Assembly: GCA_002189035.1 (NCBI GenBank)
Contig: CM007990.1
Location: 4,340,001-4,404,000 of the forward strand
Reading direction: 5' to 3'
Length of the DNA stretch: 64,000 bases
Source of the DNA: Utricularia gibba
Lineage: Eukaryota; Plantae; Magnoliophyta
Shown in pieces: positions 35,252-44,618 of this stretch. Position 1 is the first letter of the stretch; each line of letters begins with the position of its first letter. Under the pieces are notes generated by a model. It had not been told where the DNA came from, searched no databases, and saw only the letters and a list, made by a program, of their open reading frames with translations. A program made the translations under genes and the position numbers.

Positions 35252-36090
35252 GTAAAATGGAGCCGTTTTGCGATTGTGCTATATATGTACATGACATACA
35301 TCACCCTCTTATGGCATGGGTTCACTTCTATGTCACATGTGATACAATATGATTTTTTTGGATTTAATTCCATATTTTTTTATAAAAAAAAGTTAAAAAT
35401 TTTCAAAAATTAGAAATATTATATTCAAATAATTATTTTCTTTTCTACAAAAAGTAATAAATAAGATTCAATATATTATAAAAAAGATTCAACACAAAAT
35501 AATAATTACATCAAAAAAATATGTTGAATTCATTTATATAATAAAGAACTACCCACTGCATATCATTGATGGGCTTGCCCAAATCTTACACTACTCTCAT
35601 GTCCTTTTTCGGGCAGTCTTTTCCTAATCGAGTATTATGATAATTAATTTTAAATTAAACGTTTAATTTCTATTTCTGGATTAATCCATCGCACGCAATG
35701 TCATGAAAATGGTAATATAACTTATTTTCCAATCTCAGAATGGATGGAGTTATTGCACCATATGCTACCAATTATGCATAAATTTACTATATATACTGAC
35801 TAATCATTGTCGCATATTTTTTTATTCTAAAATTAATAATAATTGTATAAAATAAAATGTCATTAAAGTTTATAATTAAAACATGGTATTTTAACATAAA
35901 AAAATAATAAAATGGGAGTATTGGGTTCAAATCTGATTTACTTTTTTCGATTTTAATAGTTGATTTTCTTTTACTATATTTGGTTCATAATTTCCTTTAT
36001 GACCATAATATCATTATAGTAATATAAATCGACTAAATTAAAAAAAAAATTTCGATTTTTTATTTGTTTAATTGGGTGGGGAAATAAGTC

Positions 36091-36142
36091 GGCCCATATT
36101 CAGGCTATATTGTACGGGGAAAGGCCCAATTAAAGAAGCCCA
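36091..36142 (+). promoter_or_regulatory. Site II cluster upstream of Sec61-gamma
   Basis: GGCCCA at 36091 and 36123, AGCCCA at 36137. Confidence 0.6.
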
Positions 36143-36232
36143 CAATTTGGGTATGATGTTCATGTTGTAGCGCAAGGCCCTAATTGTGGATCCTCATTTC
36201 AAGTTCAATTGAGCTGTTTTCTGGTGTTTCCG

Positions 36233-36528
36233 ATGGATGTCTTGGATTCTGTTTTCGATCCGCTAAGGTATTTTGCTAAGGACAGCGTTCGCCTGGTGAA
36301 CAAATGCCACAAACCTGATGTCAAAGGTTATATGATTTTTCGATTTTGAAGGGTTTCGGTGTGTGAGATTTTCGCGGTGTTATGATGTCGTGATGTGGAT
36401 TGGCGCATGCAGACTTTACGAAGGTGGCTACGCGTACGGCGATTGGATTCGTGGTGATGGGATTTGTTGGTTTTTTTGTTAAGCTGATCTTCATTCCCAT
36501 CAACAATATCATCGTTGGTGCATCGTGA
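36233..36528 (+). CDS. SEC61G: Protein transport protein Sec61 subunit gamma (69 aa, 2 exons; absent from the ORF track)
   Basis: Exon 1 (36233-36326) [31 protein letters not shown] plus exon 2 (36413-36528) [38 protein letters not shown]. Confidence 0.95.
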
Positions 36529-37657
36529 GGTTTCCAGTTCTTGGTACCTCCTGATTCCCTAATGACCATTTTACTGTTGTTGTGGTGTTTCGTTGACCTC
36601 AGGGTCATCTGGTACCATGAGCACATCATTTACATCGAATTCATTCATGCCAGAACTTTGCTGTCTACAAAAACAATTAAGGAAAACAGTACCCATGTGG
36701 GAAACCACAGAGCCCCTTAAAGGATTGCGGTTCATATTCACCCTGTTCTGTGAAAGTTCATGTTTTCCTGTATAGCACTCATCCACTTCATTTTTTTTCT
36801 CCGGGTATCCATTTGCTGTGCCAAAAGCCTTCTAATCATTGTCAATGATCTTTTCTGTAAATGGATAAACCATACTCCATGTCCTCAAGGATCAGATGCA
36901 GTTTACTGTTCTTCTGGATTCCTGTGCTCATGTGCTTCTTTTGTTCATTGGTTTGTAGAATGCAGAGCCTATTGCTTGTTGAAGAGTTACCAAAGAAGCA
37001 GAAGATATGCTTGTCCCTTGATGAGTCCGTGGTCTCTTCTTGAATTCTGAGTTAGACCCTCTTAGCTAGTAATCTTTTGAACCTCTTAAGCGCATCAAAT
37101 GTGCCCATCTTATCTTTTGCCAGCAGCAAATTCCTTTCATCATGCTCTCAAGTATTTTCGTACACCTGATACCATGATTCTTGTCACCCATGTTCTCTGG
37201 GGTGACGTTCAAGACCAATTGGAGGTGGTAATCACCCCAACAAGGCCGATGGAATGTTCTAGAAGGAAATGAAAGAAAAAAAAAACTCTGTGAACGGCTC
37301 ATGTCGTCGTGTAGACTTCACCACAACTCGAATCAGAGGCCAAATGACACTTGAGTTTTATCTTTAATTAAAAAATGTGGCAAAAATGATCAAAAATCTG
37401 CACAGGATTCCTTTCAGCCCCACGGCCCCCATCCGACACACGGTTGCCGTGTTTGAATGGTTTGCTGGTGCTGTAAGAACCACGAAGAGAACCCCGTCGG
37501 GGTCCATCCCTGCGCAGAATAAAAATATCCCCAACTCCCTGCTCCTGCTTCTGCGATTTCTTGAAGCTTTGTTTGAGCTTGAGTTACTTGGGATATTTCT
37601 GGGAGTTTCTTCAGTTGGGGTTTCAGATTTTTACTTCAGCTAGGGCTTGTGTGGGAA

Positions 37658-39377
37658 ATGGAAACTGCGGCTGCTTTCCGGGCATCATTCGGCAACCTGT
37701 TGACGTCTGATTGGGCTGCTCGATCTGGGTCTCGTCGGCTTGATTTAAGGGTTGGGGCGAGGTTATTGCTGGGTGAATCGTGGGTTCAGGTAATCACGTT
37801 GTCGATTTTAGATGGGAAGCATTGAGGGGGGATTTGATGAATTAGGGTTGATGAATGAACGGGAGTTCTTTTTTTGCCTTTCTAATGAAGGGATCTTCTT
37901 GGTTGTGTGCTATGTAGATTAGAATTTGGGGTTTAAACATCGTAAGAACATTCATATTCTTAATCCGCACACGTTTTTGATTTCTTTCTGTTACAACAAG
38001 ATGCTCCACTGGGAGGTAATGGGGTGATTATCGGAAGGAGATGTTGTATATTTTTTCTAGTCAAGATATCTGTTTTCTTGTGATGAGGATGTAATGTGTT
38101 CTTGTTGGTTCATAACAGCGCAAACTATCATCTTCTCATACGCGGTTTGGGAGCCAAAACTTGATATTTTCAAACAGGAAGAGGAATGTGACAAAGGCTT
38201 CAATGCAGCCTTCTGATTCTGACTCCTCTCAAGATCCCATTGCCCCACTTCAGCTCGAGTCTCCAGTTGGGCAGTTTTTATCTCAAATATTATTGACTCA
38301 CCCACAGCTTCTTCCTGCGGCAGTAGAGCATCAACTTGAACAGCTTCATACTGATCGTGAAGCAGGGAAAAGCATAGAAGAGCCATCAGCTTCGGGCACT
38401 GAACTCGTTCTCTACAGGTTAGCAACAGTTTATCCAAAATGCAATAGCTACTTGACTATGCTCTTGTTGGGCGTCTATTGGGAACTATTATTTCGGGGAT
38501 TCTTTTAAATTTAGGGATGCGTCCTGGGTGTCCATTCTTTTTGTCTTGTTTTTTGCGCTGTAAGTTGAACTCTGTGTGTTTGATTAGGAGGATTGCAGAG
38601 GTCAGAGCAAATGAAAGGAGGAAAACATTGGAAGAGATATTGTATGCTATGGTAGTGCAGAGATTTATGGATGCTGGCGTACCTTTAATTTCCTCCATTA
38701 CTCCATCACCCGATTCTTCAAGCCACTCGAATACCTGGATAAGTAAAGATGTTAAAATTGAGAAGCTCCATTCACCAGAAGCCTATGAGATGATTGAAAA
38801 CCACCTGGCTCTCATCCTTGGAAATCGAATAGGCGTCCCTGATGCTGTTGCTCAGATCAGCAAACTCAGGGTTGGCCAGGTCTATGCAGCATCCATAATG
38901 TACGGATACTTCCTGAGGCGAGTTGATGAAAGGTTCCAGTTGGAAAAAACAATGAAGATCCTCCCCCCAGCAGCCGACAGCCTTGGTGACAGGGTACCTG
39001 GTGGTGACGAGTCCGTAAGAAATGCTCAACCCCATCCAGAAATGGCTGGTGTCATGAACAACGGAGCCTCACCAGGGATGAAGCCATCCCGCCTGCGTGC
39101 ATATCTGATGTCATTCGACGTGGAGACAATTCAAAGATACACCACCATCCGATCCAAGGAGGCCATCAGCATGATCGAGAAACACACGGAAGCACTGTTC
39201 GGTCGACCTGAGATCTTCATCACACCGGAAGGGTCCGTGGATCCCTCCAAGGACGAGACTATCAGAATCAGCTTCTCTGGGCTGAAGAGGCTTGTCCTGG
39301 AAGCTGTCACCTTCGGCTCATTTCTCTGGGATGTCGAGAGCTTTGTGGACTCAAGGTATCATTTCGTGCTGAACTGA
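37658..39377 (+). CDS. DUF760 protein (UV-B-induced At3g17800-like), probably plastid-targeted, 3 exons
   Basis: Transit-peptide-like exon 1 METAAAFRASFG..., PIAPLQLESPVGQFLSQIL..HPQLLPAAVEHQL, LYR|RIAEV..ERRKTLEEILY, LHSPEAYEMI, VYAASIMYGYFLRRVDERFQLEKTM, VLEAVTFGSFLWDVESFVD. Confidence 0.93.
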
Positions 39378-40242
39378 TCGCCATCTCATTTCATGCTACC
39401 CATGTCAGCAAGCTTAGTAGACTCTGTGATTATTGTCTTCTGTCTGCTCTTTCTCTGTATTCAAATGAATCAGCTTCACTGGATCCAAACGTTGGCTGCC
39501 TTCTCGTTTGGTCACAAATGAGCTTCCAAATTCCTGTATCCAAAGTCTGGGAGAATGAAGCAAATAATGATAATACTTTAAAAAAACTTTGGTGGTTCAA
39601 ATTGCAGATGAAAACTTTAAAAAAACATAAAAATTGTCAATTTTGAGAATAGAAATGGCATGTGCGTACGGATACACAGGTTTGGAGGTTAGCAGTAAGT
39701 AAGGTTTCATTTGTCATTTTAAGAACGTATCAGGCGTGTCGACGAGTCGGACAAGGATCCGCCAGTGTTGTTACAATTTAATAGTCTTTCGAGTCCATGT
39801 CGATCACTTTACTCTAATTAAATGCATCCTTCTTTAGACTCGATCTGCCTTCCTCCTCCTCCTCTTTCTTATGTTTCTAGTTGTCGCCAAAGGCGCTAAA
39901 TTAAGAAGCTCGAACACTTCGATTATATGTTGTTGGTAGATGATTGGATATTTTATTTAATATAAATGTTTGACAAGGAATTATTGCATTATATTAAACT
40001 ATATGGTAAAATTTTAAATAAACTACCAATGTCTGCATATGAGGGTTCTTAAATGAAAATATGTAAAACTTAAATATATAAGAAAAGTATATTATATTTG
40101 AAAATATTAGATATCATCATATATCAATGATACTCAAGCTATAATGCAAAGCAAACATTCTAATACAATATTGAATTTAAAAATTCAATGGATCGGATGA
40201 GAAGTGTATGTGAAATTTATATATATAAAAAACATGAATCAA

Positions 40243-40310
40243 GTTAAAAAAATATTAAATTTAATCGATTATTAACAATTTTATAATTTTTTTATATATT
40301 TAATTATTTC
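40243..40310 (+). repeat. Dispersed AT-rich repeat, with a second copy at ~45306-45371
   Basis: TTAAAAAAATATTAAATTTAATCGATTATTAACAATTTTATAATTTTTTTATATATT versus TTAAAAAAATTTAAATTTAATTGAATATTAATAATTTATAATTTTTTATATATT. Possibly a small non-autonomous element; low complexity limits certainty. Confidence 0.45.
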
Positions 40311-40680
40311 ATTATAATTTTCTCTATATAATATAGAAGTACATATAAAGGTTAAGTACGTAAAAAAATGATTAGTAGTGATATATAATCTTTATTTATT
40401 TGATTATATTATGTTAATTTTTCGTTGTAAAATTATTTGTTATAATACTCTTTTCTTTTAATCAAGTTTTGTCTGGGTTCCAATATTAGTAGAATGATTA
40501 ATGGAAGGTCTATGATCAGAATGCAATATTATGAACGTTTCCTCGAATCAAAATGCGATAAAGTATGCTGGAGTTCTTCATAAAGGTATGGATTGTTCGA
40601 GATTGGAACATTTCTTTTACAATATAGAATATAATTGATGAATTTGAATTATTTACATTCGAAAAATATTATTATTATTA

Positions 40681-40748
40681 TTATCCATTTATTATTATAA
40701 TTATTATCCAGTTATCCGGTCATTTTTACAGGTGGATTTCCTTATCCA
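40681..40748 (+). promoter_or_regulatory. Cluster of four TTATCC (TATCCA/sugar-response-type) motifs upstream of the IDD gene
   Basis: TTATCC at 40681, 40704, 40712 and 40742; three are followed by A. Confidence 0.5.
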
Positions 40749-41023
40749 TAATGATTTTTTAGCTTGGAATTAATTTAATTTAATTTTGTTGTTTTTTTAT
40801 TTATTTATAGTCGGGCTTTCATGAATAAGTTTCCAATTAGGGGCAAAAAAAAGGCGGAAAAAAAATTGGGAGTAAGAAAAGCTGAAAGCTGCTGCTGCAA
40901 AGGCTGATTTTCCACCTCCCCTATCCTCGACATCCGGCATGGCGGTAGCACCTCCGCCATAATCTTGTTTCTGAAGTGTTTTCCGACGTTGAAATAGCCC
41001 AGGTATACCTTCGACTGCTCGAC

Positions 41024-42698
41024 ATGAACCCGTCTCCTCCGCCGGATACGGGAACCAGCAAGCGCAAGCGGCGCCCGGCGGGAACCCCAGGTAGTCCTCT
41101 GCTAGAAAAAAAAGAGGAAAATTGAAATCATGAAACCATTGAATGAAAAATTGTGGAGCTCAAAAAGATTTCATGTGGGCCTGCAGATCCGGATGCAGAA
41201 GTGGTGTCACTGTCGCCGAGGACGCTACTGGAATCGGATCGGTACATCTGCGAGATCTGCAATCAGGGGTTTCAGCGCGATCAGAATCTGCAGATGCACC
41301 GCCGCCGGCATAAGGTGCCGTGGAAGCTTCTGAAGCGGGAAAATCCGGTTTCGAAGAAACGGGTCTTCGTTTGCCCGGAACCGACGTGTCTGCACCACGA
41401 CCCGTGTCACGCTCTCGGTGATCTCGTCGGAATCAAGAAGCACTTCCGCCGGAAACACAGTAACCATCGCCAATGGGTCTGCGAGAAGTGCTCCAAAGGC
41501 TACGCTGTTCAGTCGGATTACAAAGCCCACCTCAAAACATGCGGCACTCGCGGCCACTCCTGCGACTGCGGCCGTGTTTTCTCCAGGTTGGCATATTCTC
41601 ATACAGAATCACTCCTTTTCTTAAAAGAAAAATCGAATCAATGTTCACACGATTGTTTCCAAGATTCTTTCTTGGGAAGTGGGGTTTACAGCTTATAACC
41701 TAAAGATCGCATCTTTATGTCAAATCATCAAAGGATTTCCAATATGGTTGATCTTCCCATCTGAGTCAAAGAGTCCATCGATTTGTAAAATGAAATGTAC
41801 AGTAAAGTTGCAGACTTTGAGAGTTCCGAAATGAGGAAGAGTTTGAAGAATAAAATGGATGTTTCTAGAGAAACAGTCAGTGACTTTACCCATCCTTTTG
41901 AACTGGTGCAGTTATTCTGATTTCAAGCTCTTCAATGGATGCTTGAATTCGAGGAGTTTCTGAATTTACCTACTTTCTGGCTTTTTGAATTATTTAATTG
42001 AATTTGAAAACTGAGATTTTTGTTGGGTTGTTGTTTCTGGTGGTAGGGTGGAGAGTTTTATCGAGCATCAAGACACATGCAGGATGCGGCGGTTCCGATC
42101 AGAATCGGGGCATGTTCCTCAGTGTTTATCCCGAACTCCGGCGGCGAATTCGGGTACTAGTCCTTCAAACGACACTAATCCTTCTCCATGGGTGTTCCCG
42201 AAACCCTTTGACCCGCACCACATTTTCGTCAACGCCGTTGCCGCCGGGAACCTTCTCCGGCCACCGTCTGTTGAACTCCAGCTTCTCACAAAACACGACG
42301 ATCATCGTCATCTCCAGCTCTCAATCGCCTCCTCGGAAGCACCCGAGAAATCCGATGCCCCTGGTAGCCAACTGACGGCATCGCTTTCCCCGGGGGCGAA
42401 CGAGCAGCTGAGAATTGCAATGGCGGAGAAGTTCCTCGCGGAGGAGACACGGCGGCAGGCAAGGCTACAGAAAGAGGCCGCGGAGCAAGAATTCGCCAAC
42501 GCAAAGAGTATCCGGCAGCGGGCGGCCACAGAGCTGGAGAGAGCTCAGGCGCTGCGAACCCACGCGGCGGAGCAAATGGCGGCTGCACTGTCCCTGATTA
42601 CCTGCAGCTACTGCAAGCAGAATCTCGAGCCGGACGGGGGTTCGATGAGTCACATTGCATCACCTCTGAGAGAATGGGAATCAAGGAATCAAAAGTAG
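41024..42698 (+). CDS. INDETERMINATE DOMAIN C2H2 zinc-finger TF, IDD14/15(SGR5)/16 clade, 3 exons
   Basis: KRKRRPAGTP|DPDAEVVSLSPRTLLESDRYICEICNQGFQRDQNLQMHRRRHKVPW...KTCGTRGHSCDCGRVFSR|VESFIEHQDTC, then LQLSI and a C-terminal coiled coil EQLRIAMAEK...AEQEFANAKSIRQRA. Confidence 0.96.
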
Positions 42699-44308
42699 AA
42701 AGCAGTTTTTCCGATCATGCAAACGCTGCAAAAAAAAAAAAAAAAGAGGGTCCTTTTTAGGTATACGCTGAAGCCACATGATGAATCCCAGCTTTTTCAT
42801 CATCTCAGAAGCTCCAGCCTTTATTGTCATTGTCATCAAACTCCCATTCCCTTTCTAATCTACATCAGACTCAATTTCATATTAAAAAAAACCTAATTCT
42901 GCTTGCATCATTTCTTTTATTCACCACAGAGAAAAGGGTCTCATCTCAATTTCAAATGATGCCCTAGCTCCATAACAGGTTATGGAAGTCCAAAGTTGCC
43001 ATCTTTTCTAAAACCCTGAACCCTGCCTTCATCTCTGATGTCGTAATGGTGTGGATCCGTGACACTGATCCAAAATAAACGAAGAAACAAAAAGAAAGAA
43101 AGAAAAAAGTGGGGTTTTTGGGGTGGGGGAATGGAGAAAAGGACGTGAAAGTTATGGGATAGAAGTGGGAGACATCAATGGGAAATGTGCAGAAGTAGGA
43201 GAAGAAATGCCCTAAACCTTTGGCTGTCGCTTTGGATTTGGCGTTTGGAGTATTAGGAGATGAACAGTAGTAAAAAGAGTTACAGAGAGAAGCACAGCAC
43301 AGCATCCATACATAAATGCTGTTGTTGGCCTTCCCTTCTTCGTCCTCCTCTTCTTCTTCTTCCTGCGCCATGGTTTTCAGTGCCACACGACCCGTCACTC
43401 TCACACCAGACGAACAAATCTCGCTCATCCCCATTTGGATCCTTCCAAATCCCCCTCCTTTTTACCAATTCCCACGTACTTGTGAATCAGATTTCAGTTA
43501 CCTCAGTAAATTTCACACACAAAACCAAAATTCAGTGTACAACTGCAGTAAGGGTTTGTTAGATCACACCCCAGTCGTCTAAAGAAGATGAATGTTCTCA
43601 ACTAAACATGGTTCAGATCATCAGTCAAACCAAAACTCTAAGATCCGCGTGTCTGCAAGTGTATGGAATAAACCAATAAGTTGACAAGACTTCAAACAGG
43701 AAGCTGCCCATCGTGGAGTGTAGCAGCATGTTGTGTTGGATGATTGCTTCGGGGATCCGACATTTTATCTCATGCATTTGTAAGGAAATGCATGTCCATG
43801 TTCTTTTACACCTTTTGGGGTTGAGTATTAATCTCATAATTAACTTAGATATGGTTTAATATTAGGGTATGAATATGTTTATGTATAATATAATTGAGTA
43901 GGTATATATATAATATTTGATATCTTAGAATAAAAGTATTGAGTATGTAAGCATTATAAATATAATTCACCCCCTTATGTTTCATTTGTGTATATTATTT
44001 CATATGTTCAAAAAATGAATATGTAAGTAATATAATAATATAAAATTGATATATGTGTATATATATATATATTAGTTAATTAAATTTAGATATATATACA
44101 TAAAACTTGTTTATAAATCTTTTTATATCCAACCATAAAACACGGTCTTAGGATTATACAACAAAAAAGATTACTATACTACATTTTAATTTGCTCAATA
44201 TTAAATATAAGTGGAATTATATTTGAAAAAAAAACATGAATATGTTTTATAAAAATGGTTTTTAAAATAGGAAAAGTAATATTATATATTTATTCTGAAT
44301 ATTAAGAT

Positions 44309-44618
44309 GCCACGTGGCCCACTGCGGTAGAAGCGCGGCTTTTGAGGCTTCACGAAGCAACAGACATTGTTACTGGATCCCTACTATCTTCAAATGCCGT
44401 GTCACCGCAGGACACGTGGGTGTTCTAAAAACGGTTGCCCGGGTCCGACACTTTAGGGCGAGTGTCAATTAATATACGGATTTGTTGTTGCTGAAGACGG
44501 GAGGGGGAGGAGGAGGTGGAAGGGTTAGTAAATAGTAATTCCAAAGGCAAGTCAAAAAAGGAGACTGAAACTGAAAGGGATTTTGATGGCCCACAGTAAA
44601 AAGAGGTTTCACTGTCGG
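44309..44618. promoter_or_regulatory. G-box and auxin-response-like element cluster in a gene-free interval
   Basis: Palindromic GCCACGTGGC at 44309-44318, CACGTG at 44413-44418, CCGACA at 44445-44450 and TGTCGG at 44613-44618. Confidence 0.45.

Noticed and set aside
39650-39920. Moderately GC-rich patch after the DUF760 gene
   Set aside because: No ORF, splice pattern, hairpin or recognisable motif; it cannot be supported as a feature.
42960-43060. ENOD40 region II-like GGCAA...TGGACT.CCAT on the minus strand, and the small hairpin TCCATAAC-AG-GTTATGGA
   Set aside because: The conserved AACCGGCAAGTCAC core and the region I peptide are absent; an 8-bp AT-rich stem is expected by chance.
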